Shown here in pieces: positions 1-13,619 of a DNA stretch of 64,000 nt. Origin of the DNA: Catajapyx aquilonaris (Eukaryota); NCBI GenBank assembly GCA_000934665.2, contig KZ538278.1:1-64000 (forward strand). Reading direction: 5' to 3'. The translations under genes and the position numbers were made by a program. The notes below the pieces were generated by a model, which was not told where the DNA came from, made no database searches, and was given only the letters and a program-made list of their open reading frames with translations. How positions within the stretch are numbered: position 1 is the stretch's first letter; every line of letters starts with the position of its first letter.

Positions 1-869
1 TAATCTTAATGGAAACTTTTTATCACATCCTGTGTATAACCCCACCACTCCATTTTTTGGGGGTGTCCCAATATTTTCAGATCAGGGCAAGTATGTCAAT
101 AGTTCCAATCTGTAATGCATTGTAATTCAGAGATTGGATAGATGATTCCATGTATCCTATTATTAGCAGCGAATACTTGTGATAAACACTAAAACTACGC
201 AAAGGTGACTGGTTATCAATAAGCAGCTTAGTGCCTAAATTGGTGATTAAAACGGACATTTCCACTGATATAAACACCCAACATATTCATGAAAGTCAAT
301 ATAAAAGTGCCCGACATATGTATTGCCATTGACTCTGCTTCGTGCGTAATGCAAATTTTACGTAGTACATCTGGCCACAACTTTCATATATATTTTATCT
401 CACATTCCCGAAAATTTCCCACCGATTTCAAGGTTCATTGCGCCATTTATATTTACATACGGTGGTATCATACAATGCCCAGTCACTATTTCAAAAGGCG
501 GTTAGATGAAAAAACCATACATTGTCTACCCCAACCATACACCAGATTTAAAGAGATGTACCATTAATGGCAAATGAATCCTGCGCATCATTTCCAACAG
601 GTCCATTCTCTTTAAGTTGGTTGCTAGACTAAACAATTCCTCTTTGAACATCAGCCTTGAATGCACCACCCTGATCTCATCTGTTCAAGTTTCTATAGAA
701 AGGGTGAGCTGTTTTAGTACATGACTCTATATAACATACACAACTCAATATGTTGCGTATATCCCATTAATACGAGCTAGTCATGCAGCGAACATCCAAT
801 TAGCCGCCCACCTGGAATGGGAAAATATTCATCATCTCAACCTGTCCAGCACAGGAATTAATATCCTTT

Positions 870-2030
870 GCGATTGGCCAGTCTTATAATATCGTTCCAG
901 TACAGCCCTCAGTTTGGTGACAAATTAGCTCTAAATGACATGCAAGAGAGAGAAATTTCTCCAACCTTTTGTACTACGTTGGGGGGTTATATGGCTGGCA
1001 AAACGAGAACAAAAACAGAGGCTCGGGAGTGCTGTGGTCGCGAGTTGGTCAGTGCAGCTAATGGAAATGTCAAGGATCCAAAGTTAGCGCGTCCTTCCCT
1101 CGTGATTTACAAGGATGGCCTGGGGCAATCGTCACAAAGATCACGAGGACAGCACGGACTTACATCTTGGTCGTCGAGAGAGAATTTCAGGATGTCGCAA
1201 ACCTGGCACTGCATTTCTGATTGGTCTAATTGTTGTAGGAAGAGCAGTCTTTCAAGGACTACGGGGGAATCGACAAATCGCGTCGAACTGTTCACAGAAC
1301 GACAGTTGCAGATGAAATGGTGTCTGGAACTGTAACCCCTTTTTTTGCATAGAAAAAGTTTATGCACAACTGCAAACTGGACGAGCGAACTAGAATTCTC
1401 CTGGCAGCCTGTTTCATTCGCACGATAATGATGTAGTGAATGCATATTCCCTCTCATCAGCTGTTTTTTTTAAAGCCAAATATGGTAGGATAGCTACTAA
1501 AAATTAGTGTTTCTGTATTGAATTACCGCAATATTTTCTCATAAACATCACTGTTTATGTAGTAAAATATGTTCTCTCTACCGTATGCCGCGGCGCATAA
1601 AGCCAAAGGAAAAGTACTCGGCACAATAGTTTTTGTATTCTACTCGATGATGTAGTGCCCCATAAAAGGCTCGCAAATGTCATCAGAGGTATTACGCAAT
1701 ATTTTACTCGCACTTTTCCCACATTTACTCACAATTTAACTAGAGCAAAAAGTTATCCATTTGAAAAGGGGCCTCTGGATGCATACACTCGCCCAAATGA
1801 GAACTAAAACGAATCGACGGGCGAAAATGATCAGACAACGCCTTCCCGTTTGCATCCCACGGGTTTCGAAATGGCGTACATTCAAAAACGCTGCAGATTA
1901 TTTCCCTGAGGTGCAATATCCACGGTGGGCAACGTTGAATAGGACCGAATGAAAAGTTCTCTCCTAAAACCGTCTGGTACAATTGCGTTTGGGATATTTT
2001 GCGGTACGGACGTGATTAGCATTCGGTTTA
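870..2030 (+). mobile_element. Ancient non-LTR retrotransposon (LINE) ORF2 relic, RT and C-terminal part
   Basis: Frameshifted translations follow RT motif order: KDPKLARPSL (like DPxNYRPISL), then VFQGLRGNRQIASN...GVW (like ALDxxxQVxxIFLDxSKAFDxVW), then WMHTLAQMRTKTNRRAKMIRQ (like WxxHIxxxxxKANxxLxxL). Very diverged, boundaries approximate. Confidence 0.5.
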
Positions 2031-2599
2031 GTTTAGCCATACTCTCCCCCCCCCCCTTCAACATCCCTTCCACACCCATACACAATCAGTAACTCCAGCA
2101 CTTCCTGTGCGTAGTCCCGTACCCACGAAGCCAATTATAATTTTGATTCCGGTTCCAGCATAATAGCTAACATTATGTGTACGATGGGCGTTCAAATAGA
2201 AACTTTTAGACACAAAATGTTGGAGGGGAAACTGTTCCAAACTTTCATATCATGGTGCACCGCCCCACAATACCCATTAAATGCGAACCGATGCGTTACC
2301 CGTCTGTACCTGCCTGCATATATACAACTCCATACCATTTCTGTCGGAAATGCGATGCCATGTTCTTGCATTACGACTTCAAGGCACAAACGACGTCCTC
2401 AACCCTCGCTCGCACATTTGACTTTCAGTTTTCCGGGAACACCATTCGGCACCGGGGGAAAAAAATATCATTTTTTTTTTGGAAGAAAATGCTTGCGATC
2501 CGAAACAAATGGCAGGTCTGAACTTCGGTCCGTCTTCGAATCCAGCCCGTCGGAAATACCTCTTTTGTTTTTCTTTCCTCTTTTGTTGCCACAGGCGAA

Positions 2600-3450
2600 T
2601 ATCGGAACTCTGCTGTTTCTCGCAGGTTAATTCCACCGGACTCTGGCTTAATTTGAACGGGAAGTCTCAACCTGAGCAAAAGTGTATCCTTGAGAAAATT
2701 CGGAGGAAACGACCAGAAAAATAGTCGATTTTCAGATAGAAAAAGCTCTTTGCTGCAAGAAGACACGCAATAACAAAGAAGTAAAAATAAGGAGGAAAAG
2801 AAGTAGAAAAAATACGGGTCAGAGAAATCCGGATATTTTTGGGGGGGATCGAAGACGTGCTGGCTCAATGTCTACAGAGATTTCTCCAGCTCTGTTTTTG
2901 ACATGGATTTGGCGCTCGGAGGCAAGAAAAGTTCCCCTCCCACAATAGCAATAAAGATATTACGGAGCGGGTGGATGTCACGACTGCCTTGCTTCATAAG
3001 CTTGGCTGATGGGAAATCCATTTTTCCACCAGAGAAATTCCTGTGCGGCCAAATTAACGTCCGGTAGTGGGAGACAATATTTTTGCGGCCTGGGAGAGCC
3101 TGCCACAGCAACAACAATTCCGCAAGACAGTGCTCGTTCCCTCCAAGGGAAACACAATATTGGCTGAATATTTACAGCATGCTTCAGTTAGTTCTATCAC
3201 CAGTTTAAAAAATTTACTGCCGTGAAATTCAAAGTTTGTACTTGTACACAGATCCGCTGTACAATGCTTCGCTGCACACAATATCCTATGCACTTCCTTC
3301 GGTATTACTTGCTAGAAATAGGTGCCTTCAACTTTCTGAGGCTGTTAGGATATTGGAATGGTCCACTGAGGCACAATGTGCAGAGCTATCTGGATAAAAG
3401 GGCACTTGGAAAGGGATGAAAATTGAGGCACATAAGTATATCATATAACA
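2600..3450 (+). mobile_element. Ancient LINE RT relic
   Basis: VYRDFSSSVFDMDL (like IYTDFSKAFDxV) near 2870 and KVCTCTQIRCTMLRCTQYPMHF...LRLLGYW (like KCKVMxF...KDLGV) near 3230-3360. Confidence 0.45.
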
Positions 3451-4405
3451 TTAAGAAAACCTCGGTAGCAGAATGTCCTGAGGGGGTTACCTCGTCTGGT
3501 TAATTTAATTATGCGGAAGGGGCCTTGAAATAACCCTGTAAATGCATTTCTGCCTCGTGTGAGCTGGGGAGAAATAACAAATGGTCTAGATATTCTGGGT
3601 ATCCACTTACGTTTCCGTATAAATACTTCTTAAGAGAGCATTTCCTGCCACAGTCAACTCCACTTCTGAGTCAGAAAAACTTGTCGCCTCTGGGGTAGGA
3701 AGGATGAAAATAGTGCTTCAGTGGTTATTTATGCGGCGTGTGAGATCTTCAGTACCGTTAGTGTCTGAGTGCACTTTGACTACTCAGCCACCGAAACACA
3801 CTACATATGAGTTGCATTGTGCTTCTTCTTGTATCACCATCTTTTACTAATTAGCCATGTATTTATTATTAGTTTGGACATATATGTCTAACTTGACCGA
3901 TATCATAAGGTGCAGGTACCCTTCGTAGCCCGTGAGTACACTGAAAATCAGCGTGACCAGCTTCCCTTAGTTGAGTAGTCTACTTGTATACATCATCAAT
4001 TAACAAAATCTTCCAAGGAACAGTGCAATCAAATAAAAATAGTAAGTTATACTGAATGTCATCTGTTTTTGTGATATGTTTTAGCTTGCATTTGCTAAAT
4101 TGCGACTCCTTCTTCAACCCTGACAATTATTCCTTTACTAGGGAACCGACTCAATGTTTTTGTTGCTGTACCGGTACCAAAATACTGCACTACTTGATAT
4201 GGAAATTTTTATCTTAGAAACGGGAACGCCAAAAACCACATTATTAAACGTAACTGTACAGTGCATGGAATAACATTTCTAGAATATTTCATCAGATGTA
4301 CAGTATATGTTCTCGAGAGTATATAGACCAGAAAGTTATAATACATTAATAAATAAAATCATAACAGTTACGTAGGCCTATACTGCATAGCACAGTAAAA
4401 GTATA

Positions 4406-4735
4406 CAGGGTGTTTCAACTTTTTTGCCCGAACAGTTATCGGAAAATTGCACGTAGCTGTTACTTTGTAAGCAGTGACTTTCAAACGGTGATTTTTCGGA
4501 GGAACGGAGAATATTCCCTGCGAATCGTAGGTTGAAGTGGCATACGTGCTGCCCGCTGAAAATTGAGGGTCAAGCCTGGAAAAAATAGGGTCATACATGC
4601 CATGGGATGTGTGACCCTCTTTTTCCCCATTCCCTATTCCTCCGACAAATCACCGGTTGCAAGTCACTGCTTACAAAGTAGCAGCTACGTGCAATTTTAC
4701 GATAACTATTCGGACAAAAAAGTTGAAACACCCTG
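4406..4735. mobile_element. Tc1/mariner-type MITE, 330 bp
   Basis: TIRs of about 99 bp starting CAGGGTGTTTCAACTTTTTTG, roughly 7 mismatches, TA on both flanks, no coding capacity. Confidence 0.93.
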
Positions 4736-4749
4736 TATATGACCCCTGC

Positions 4750-5300
4750 TGTGATTATAAACTCCACCACTTTCGGATGGCAACTCCATCAAAAGCAATT
4801 TATCTGTCAGAAAATCGTTTAACGCACTATAATTTAAAATAACTGATCGTTAAAAACAATTACTAAATAATACTCACCGTCAATAGCTAGTCCTCCAATC
4901 GGAGCATACAGCAATAATTCACCTGGGAAAGAATAAGAGCAACATTATTTTCATTGTCTCTAAAGCTATCTCAACAATACGATAATGCGAGCGACGAAAT
5001 TATTGTGACACTCGTAGTGCCATAACACTCTACGGACATACCATGCTCTTACCAAGAAATAAGAGTGATCAAAGTTTAAAGAAACAAGCTTTCCGAAGCG
5101 TATACAGGCGCCATCGCATTACTTTGATTTTATCATAGCACTCCCAGAATTCACTTTTTTTCTGCAGACTTTGGAGGCATTAAAATGCATTACTCAGAAT
5201 GTCAGAGATGACAGGATGTGAAGCTAGCAGGAACAGAATATTGTCACAGTGCATTTCCAGTCCATCATAATAAATGCGGGTTGAGCAAAGGGAGTGCCGA
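4750..5300 (+). mobile_element. Possible LINE ORF2 C-terminal relic
   Basis: Weak motifs SLKKQAFRSVY (like LQKKAIRII) and HSAFPVHHNKCG (like SFFPRxxxxWN) in the expected order. Confidence 0.3.
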
Positions 5301-6849
5301 GAAAAAATGACAAAAAAAAGCTATTATCTTTCTGCATACCACTTTCCAAGAAATTTAATATGAGAGGAGCAGAATGCCTACATTTTCTCTTACGGAATGC
5401 GCCATATTTTTTTTAAAATAAATACGGGCAGATAAGACACTATTCCTCCAAGGAGGCTCAAACTTAATTAAAAGAAGCGTCGGTTTGCTTTAGCTATAAA
5501 CGACCTAAGGGTGATAGGGAGAAAGACGTTATTCTATTAAGGTCTTCCAACCTGATCGAGCTGATTTCCCAAGTCATTAGGTTTGCAAAATTCAACCCAC
5601 GGCACGGTATCGATAATTGCTCCTTATACCAGAAATGTTATGGAACAAAATATGCGGCACAAGGCAGTTACGAAATTGGGTATTCCGTTCAACAGGTAAC
5701 AAATTGCCTTTTTTCATCTTGTATTTTTAATACACTTTTACTAACAAGTTTTAATTATGCATAGCATGACCTTTTGCGAACTTGGTGATATAACGCATGC
5801 TGAAACAAGTCTATACTTTCAAGGCAGGTCGTCGCAAAACTCAGCATACTGTAAACTAATTGTTCACTCTTAAACACACTTCGCTATTTTCAGGAAAGAA
5901 TTTAGCAATAGGCAACTTTGAGCATCTTATGGCTTCTTTTGCAACACTCCAATATAAACTATTGGAAGCCCGAGAGAAATTATATTTTTTGCTCGACAAT
6001 ACGTCAAATTAGACAAAGAAGCAACACTTTGAAAGTGTATAAACTTAAAGGTCATTGTTTAAATGAAAGTCATGTAGTTCATAGGTCAAATCCTTGACAT
6101 GTTAGGCATTGGAAAGGGGCACTTTGGTCTTCTGGTTACGCCATTGCAGGCTTGTCCAGACATTTTGGAGATTTAGAGCTTATATCCCGACATTCTTCTC
6201 GTGGTCAGGGTTGCAGTCTAGGTTACAGAAATAATCAAAAGGCCCTACACATACCCTACTACAGCATTATTATTTTACCCTTTACTGATTATAAGATACT
6301 CGTACCATGAAGCATGGAAATAAACAACTCTGTTCTATCCCAATATTTGAATATTAAAATATTACATAATTATGTCCCCCAAAATTGTTTCATATGACAA
6401 TCACGTATTTTATGAAGGAATACAGCATTGAAGTAGCCTACTAAATGCTTTAAAGGCCTCTATCATTGATAAAATACACTTGCAATTGCTTATATGTAGA
6501 CCCTGCCGCAATGCACCACGAAGGACAAAAGAAGCGCCTATATCGTTTTGGACTCAGAAGTGTTGCAGAGATGTGTTGTTCCATTTTTTTTTGTTATTTT
6601 CAAATATGTTCTAATTGTTCAGTTTTAAGGTAATTTTGGAAAGGTTGTTAATGTAATACATTGTAAAATGGACTGTCGTAAGAAGGAGCCTACCTGTCAG
6701 TAATGAAAGTAATGAAGGCTATACATAGAAATGGCTTCATATTCCAAGCGAATGTTTCATTCATGCCTTGATAACTCAGCATTGATTTCTCGCCGCTAGA
6801 CAAGACCCTACATAAAATGGTTCACTTTATGGAGATGTGGTCTGAGAAA

Positions 6850-7150
6850 ATGTCAAGTGCAAACCGACAATACCTTCCCTTTGCTCTTAAACTAGCTACT
6901 TACGCGTATGAATGCAAAACCCACCATTTATTACACCATAAAGGCGAAACAAAGACAGAAGCGGAACCAAAACTTTTCTACCGTATCTACAAACCTTTGG
7001 CTCTTGGCCAAGGCTTGTATGGTAGCCACGATAACGCAATTTATAGCTGTGGCGTCTCAACACCGATGGTGTTTACCAATACGGTTTCGCTGATAAACAG
7101 CGAGGCGAGAAGTAGAGGTTTCGTCAGGAAACATTGTTTTGTGACTGATT
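6850..7150 (+). mobile_element. Possible mariner transposase N-terminal HTH relic
   Basis: HHKGETKTEAEPKLFYRIY...SLINSEARSRG loosely resembles KGxxAAEAxxxIxxVYG...SLEDExRSGRP. No TIRs found. Confidence 0.25.
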
Positions 7151-7479
7151 TGATTTTATCCATTGGAAGCCATTCGTATCTGAGTGGCAATTTCCACCAA
7201 GAGAGTGAAAAGTCTCGAAACAAAAATTGCTGTTAAAATGGTACTGGGAATCAAATTTCTCTTGGCAAATAGTACATATATAGATTCCTTTTGTTACCAA
7301 CTGCTGAAAAGACAGAAATAACCTCTGCAAAATGCTGAATAATTGCCCTTATTTGTTAGTAATAATTGCATCTCCCTCTCTTTGATCAAAAGTCAATATT
7401 TATATATCGCTGAGCAACCATTAAATTCTACCTTCTCCTAGATTTTTCCTGCAAACCCGGAAGACGCCCACTCTCTTTC

Positions 7480-8400
7480 TCCTAAAAATTTCCTACAAAA
7501 GAGCCTACAATATTTGTAACTCCCTTTCAAGATCAAAAGAAAAAGAAATCAGGTTTCTCCTAGCGAGCTTTTTCATGGACCGTCTCCAGGCAACCCATTT
7601 AGACGCTCACTGAATATTAATTGTCAAATTTGTTTCTAATAAAACCATTGTCCTTCTGTTACGACGCAGAAAGTTCTGGTCCTAGGTTAGGCTCCCCAAA
7701 AAAACAAAAAAAAATCTGAAGACCAATAGTTGCGCTGCATTTACCACCTCTAACCACGTACGACCGCAACAAAAGGGGTAGAAACCGTGCTGACAAAATG
7801 AGTAATTGACACTTCCTGACACGAGCTGGTGTCCCTTGGGGATCAGACTCCTCCATTATTCGGCAGCACAAGTCTTTCCCAGATTTTTCTTTCTCCTGCG
7901 CGGTGGGCTGGAAGAAGCCGAGGAAGCGTGACAAGCCTAGGGTCTCCTTGTCGAATTATGTGGAGTATGGCTTAGACTATCGATTCCACTCATTAGGAGG
8001 TTAGCTTTTGCAGCACACCACAGGATAAGGTCTTCCTTGCCTTATAGTGTGCCTGGAGGCAAGCATGATAAATAATTCATGGCAAATAATGTCACCCACT
8101 TTCCAAATAGCATGAAATGTAGGGAATGAGAGGTAGTATAAAAGGTTTAGTAGGGGTTTACATGTACGGAATATTGCGCTCCTTTTTTTTTTGGGGGGGG
8201 GGGCAGTTACAAATACCGGTTGGTAAAAAAGTGTATGCGTTGAACTGGCTAGTTGGAATTCGCTGGAGGTCGAAAAAAAATATAAGTTCCCCACTTTCAT
8301 CTGCCTCAGCTGAATTTACTGTGGAACTGGAAACCGAATTCACTCGCTGGCAGGACGAGATGTCCATTTTTTTTCAACCCTCCACTTGCAACATTCATAA
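7480..8400 (-). mobile_element. Ancient LINE RT relic (CR1/L2/Jockey-like)
   Basis: PLLNLLYYLSFPTFHAIWK...GRPYPVVCCK (like PLxxIFNxSLxxGxFPxxWK...YRPISLLxxxSK), followed by LLRSYVVRGGKCS...GEPNLGPEL (like SYL...QGSxLGPLL). Confidence 0.55.
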
Positions 8401-9539
8401 CGATGGGGATGTCGATGGAATTATTCAAGATGAGCATCGGGTTATACTAATCTCGTCACTTGTGAGATAATGCTGGGTAAATTATACATGTGCGACTTTT
8501 TCATTAAGGAGAAAGTACTAATTTACAGAGAATGGAAATGAATAACTGAAATGCAGAATGATCAGAGTCACATTTGACTGATTCTATAAAATACCGGTGT
8601 GAGGGTTTGAATGGTGGAGATTGCATTACTGATCACGTGTGAGGTAATTTTTCACAACCTTCTGTAGGGGGCTGTGGTTTTTAATCAAAAATCTTATTTG
8701 ACCATCAAAAAGTACCCTTCGAGGAAAGTTACAAAATACTAATTCAATTTTTACCAAGACGTGATTATAATATATTATGATAGTTCTGCATGTCAACGCT
8801 GCAGATATGTTTGCAGAGTCATTTTGCTGAGAATTTAAATGCATACCTTTTAAAATTCAGATTCTTAGCGTTACCACTGCAATATGAAAACATTTTCTTA
8901 CAGATTTCATGCGACAGAATGTTTTTACACCAAGCCCTGGACTGGAATGAAGCATTGGAAAAAGCAAGGATTCTATTTCATAGCGGACAGAATGCATCAT
9001 TAGCGAACAAACGTCCGAATTTTTGTACAGTACTTCCGCATTTTCATCGAAGGCTTTACACTGTAAGTGGAATCAAATATTGCTGACTGTTGGCATTTTT
9101 CAATGGCATCCCTCTGTGGCTGTTGTCAGGCACGAGAAGAATGGACACATACAATGTATACAAAATGTACCGGTATTTGTCATAAACCCAAACAAGGCCA
9201 TTTTCTCAATGGATATTCCCAAGTCCAAGTTACGGTACAGATTCACAGATTATGTCAGTTTTCAGACTTCTCTAAACAAGAAGAAATGATTTCTATAGTC
9301 ATGTTTCAAGAAATAGTGACAATAGAGAAAAATATACCTCATGTATAGCATCAATCTGTCTTGGAGTCCCCCCCCCCTCTATGCGCCACACCTTCTTCTA
9401 CGAAAATCTTAATAAAGAATAATTAAAAAGTGTCCTGCTGCTCTCAGGAAAATGTATGCAGCGAAATGCTGGGTAGATGCTGCCGTGATAAAATACCAAT
9501 CTATGCGAGTTAATTACCCACGTATAAGAATGCCCCTCT

Positions 9540-10420
9540 TAGCGGATGACAAAATTTCTTAATGGAAACATCTCCCCCAAAGTGCACTCCTGAATAAAAT
9601 TTGCAAGATCAACAACTCCGCAAAGTTTGTCTTCTCTTCGGCTCGTCATCATTAGTGAAGAGTCGCACTTGCTAAAAGGCGACTCTAGAATTTTGTCCCC
9701 TGCTAGCTCGCATCCAAAGAGGCAATTTGAACCCGTCCGACTACTCCAGCCAACCATCATCCTCCTGGAGCTCTTGACGACGAGATGAAAAGTGTGAAAG
9801 CCAGCAATGGAAGGCAAATTGAAGCCCAGGAAAGCTGGAATGCACCCAGTGTAGGTCCTACCTTTCATGTTACTCACGTCTGTGTAATGCACCGTTCGGT
9901 ATATCCAGAGCATTCTCTTTCTTTTCTGGCTCAGAAATATAGAGAGAGGGAGAAAAAAAATGTCTGGATGCTGCAAACGTGAGCGGGATTCCACAATCTG
10001 TAACAGTGATTCCAGACTAGATTTTATTCTACAGGCTTTAATATCAAGCGGTAGGTCGGGTCAGTTGAATTACAGTGAAAAAAGTCAATTTTGTGGAAAT
10101 GTTCCTTCAAAGTGTACCTGCGCAGTGGGTGCCCCTCTAATCTCAACTCTTTCAACATTTGCGTTCTGAAATAATTACGCCCGCAGATCAGTTTTTTTGA
10201 AACCTTTCAACCAGTTTTCAACCCTTATCAACGATTCTGCAATCAAATCACTCTCAACGCAGCCATGAATTTTTAAAGCTCTTACTCTGTATGACATGGC
10301 GACAACCAGTTTCACTGCCATTAAATCTTGGTTCCATCCCAAACTCCACCGAGCTTGAGCAGAGCCCCCTAAAGGGGTGCAACATGTGAGAGCACATTTT
10401 TTCACTCTCCATAAACAAGC
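9540..10420 (+). mobile_element. Ancient LINE RT relic
   Basis: RGNLNPSDYSSQPS (like KGDxxDPSNYRPIS), AVGAPLISTLSTFAF (like GVPQGSVLSPxLF) and TLINDSAI (like LFADDTAI), in order. Confidence 0.5.
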
Positions 10421-11199
10421 TAATTAACAGAATAACAACGACGTAAATGGTAGGTAAATTTGGACGGAAGAGCGCCATGAATTGGTTAATAACTAACAGG
10501 TCGGCATCACGCAACATAATGCAAATTAAACATGTATACTTAATCACCCCCACAGTGCGGGGTCTGCGGAATCTGCAACTGCAACATTTTGACTCCCGTC
10601 ATGCACCATGGGTAAAATCTGTTATTTAGCTCCTGTCCACTCCCAGCGGCAGTTGACATTTTTTTATGATTCATGCCGTAGGCTACCATGTACACACCGG
10701 ACAGAAACCTGGTGTCGAATTTTAGCCCCACTACTACAACTGCTATAAGTTAGCAGTAGGCCTACCAGTGTTGGAACTGGTACTGATAAGTTAGCAGTAA
10801 CTAACAGTGCACTCTTAACCATTTACCTTCTCTAAAGAAGGTAAAAAAGAGGCCCTTTTTACCCTCTCTTTTATAAGGTAATACATGCAAAAGTTACCTT
10901 TTAATAAAGTTACCCTATAATAATTTACCTTCTAATGTAAGGTAAAAATGGGACGAAAATTCGACCCCTGGTCACTATAGGAGAGAAAATATCCAGCATC
11001 TAATATAATTTTGGTAAGAAAAAATAAGAGCCCTGTCTTGTAAGAAGGAAGTGACAAACTAACGGCCACTTCTATTCAGGAAAGAAATAGGATCCGTGCT
11101 GAATAGGTCAGGTGAATTCTCAAGCATCGCGTGTCTGATACATTTTATTCAACCAGGCTGTAACCTGACTTTTTTTTTCATTACTCAGTAGCATGCTAG

Positions 11200-11830
11200 G
11201 TGGTGTTACCTTAGTCGAATCCACTCAGAACAAGCAGGCTTCACCTTACAGTTTTCAATCCTTCAAAAAAATTGCCAACCTGCATGCTATTTATGTCGTG
11301 CTATCCTACTTATTTGAGGTCCATTTTTTCTTGCTTGAGTTTGACATTTTTTCCACCGCTTCTTCCCTACCTTCCATATTTTTTGCCACTTTGTTAGCAC
11401 TCTTGCGGCCCCCATTTTCAACACCGTGAGTGAACTTTGTGACGCGCCAAGGAAATCTCTTCATCCTTGCAAGTAAAGCACCTGCTGAGTTTTGAAAGTT
11501 AATTCGGCGAAAGACGTTGGGCTCTGTGGGGAGGATGCCTTACGCCTTTTTGCCCTCCTCTTTTTACGTGTTATTAGCGTGCCATGCGAGAGATGAATCC
11601 TTTTTTCCAGTCAGTGAACACCATACATTTTGAAGGCAGCCATTGCTTAATGGGGGTTGGAGAAATCTGTGGCCATCTTGAGGATCAAGGCAGGGGACCA
11701 ATCATTTCGGATATACCACGTCAATGGCGACAGGAAGAAGGCGAAAAGTAGTCATTTCAAGTCGGAAATGTCGCCTAGAGGGTTATATAGATGCGACCTA
11801 CTTTGCTGGGAGGTTTTCTCAGTGTAATGT
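11200..11830 (-). mobile_element. Possible LINE endonuclease-to-RT linker relic
   Basis: AIDVVY (like IDYxF of the AP endonuclease) followed by a basic helical linker-like stretch. Weak. Confidence 0.3.
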
Positions 11831-12189
11831 CAACATTTTTTTTTAACCTTGTTGTCATAAATATGTATAGTCGTCGGATCCGGGGATGGGGTTTTACATC
11901 AGCAGGCCGCATCAGAATTAATTAAGTTATGGGAGGACGTGTTTGATCTGGTTAGGAATATAATGCTGTTTTTTTCCGCTGGAGGAGTCATTAACAAAAC
12001 TCTGTTTGCTGCATTTTTAATGAAATGTACCAGTGGGTGAGGGTTCAATCAGGGGGGTGGTGTTCCAAACCTCATAAAATGCTAAATTAAATGATCGTTG
12101 CAAATACAAGTAATTTCATACACTTGATGCTGCCGAATGTTGCTTTAATTAGTACCGCAAACATGTTACTAATGAATGCCATTGTGATA

Positions 12190-13450
12190 CGAACCGTGAC
12201 CTTTAACTTTTTGACACCCTTGATGTCTGAATTGGTCATTTCCACAGCGCAATTTCATTCGAGAAGGCCCCTGGATTTACTCCTTGGTAATGAACCCGTA
12301 TCTCTTTCAGAAACACAATCTCACCCTACACTATAGCAGTGTCTACGTCATTGGAAAGGCTCGTTGTGACAGGTCGACGACACCACTCCCGACTAGTTCA
12401 CATTACTGATTCAGGTTATCCGGAAAATTCAGCCAAGAGATGAAGCCCGAACTCATGTCATATTCGCCGGATATCACATTCTAAAGCCGCCACCTTTTTT
12501 TTATATACGTAACACGAGAGAGAGAGAGAGATGGTCAATCCGCATCATGCTTTAATTAAAACCTGACTGGTGTTCGTTAAGTATGATTATCAGGTTGGAT
12601 TAAAGATTTATTTTCAATTACGGCAAAAAAGCGAGTGCGCACTTTTGGCAGATGCTGACAGAAGATCCATCTTGTAATGATGCCGGAAACATGCAGGCTT
12701 TGTCATGCATGAGGGATTTTAATGGCATACTTTGAGCCTTTGGCCCGAAGCACCTGTCATTACATAAAATGATCAGTGATTACAATTGGAGCGACACCAA
12801 TTTTTTGAAGGGTTGACATCAATCCAGTAAAGGCTAAACAAATAGCATGAAAGCTCGACATTTCACCAAAATTAACACCCGTGAAACACCACCCCTTGTT
12901 CAAAGGTCGCCGCTATAATTAATGTTTTAGTCGAGCACCTTGCGACAGGTTCCTACTCGCTATTTGGAATTCGCACCCAAAAGATTCCAGGAATTCACAC
13001 CAAGTGATGTACAAACAACCCGGATACAAGCGTACCTTTTTTTTTTGTAACTTTCCGCTATCACTCTGGTAGCTAAAACTAAAACAGTAGTGAAACCAGA
13101 AGAGTCAGGAGTGTCCGCAATGCCTGAAATGTGGTGGGTTGGAGGCTTCAGTTCCGTTCCTGGACTACAACACTAATGAGCTTCCCCAACACGTTCGGCA
13201 AGCCCCAGCCAGTGATCGATGCCTCGCAGCTACCCCCAATTATTCAGATTTTCTAACCTCAGCAATGTCATGTTATACCTCCACCCCACATAACCCCCAT
13301 TTTTGGTACATTGCGTATACCACACAGCTTCCACACATTCTCAACCCTTTTATTAAAAACGGTGGTTACAGCAGTAATCACCGAATTGCTCTTTTGGAAT
13401 GTGGTCTTAAACCGATGAACTGCGACATTTCGACGTACTGTGCGGCTGTT
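12190..13450 (+). mobile_element. Ancient LINE RT relic
   Basis: EKAPG near 12261, TPCSKVAAIINVLVEHL (like PQGSxLGPLLFNVFINDL) near 12890 and ASVPFLD (like SVKFLG) near 13145. Confidence 0.45.
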
Positions 13451-13619
13451 CGCGCTATTGTGGCCCAGGGTATGTAAATCGACGTCTCTTCAGGCACCTC
13501 CCCAGATTTTTGCATCCAAGGAACGGAAAAATCAATTTTGGCCAAGCTGCTCAGAGGACCGCGGGAAAAACGGGGGTAGTTTTGACCCACGACTATGTGA
13601 AGCGTCATGGTCAGCATCA

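Noticed and set aside
8540..9300. Possible minus-strand hAT transposase relic (IHC motif)
   Set aside because: Similarity is too weak by eye and no TIR or TSD was found.
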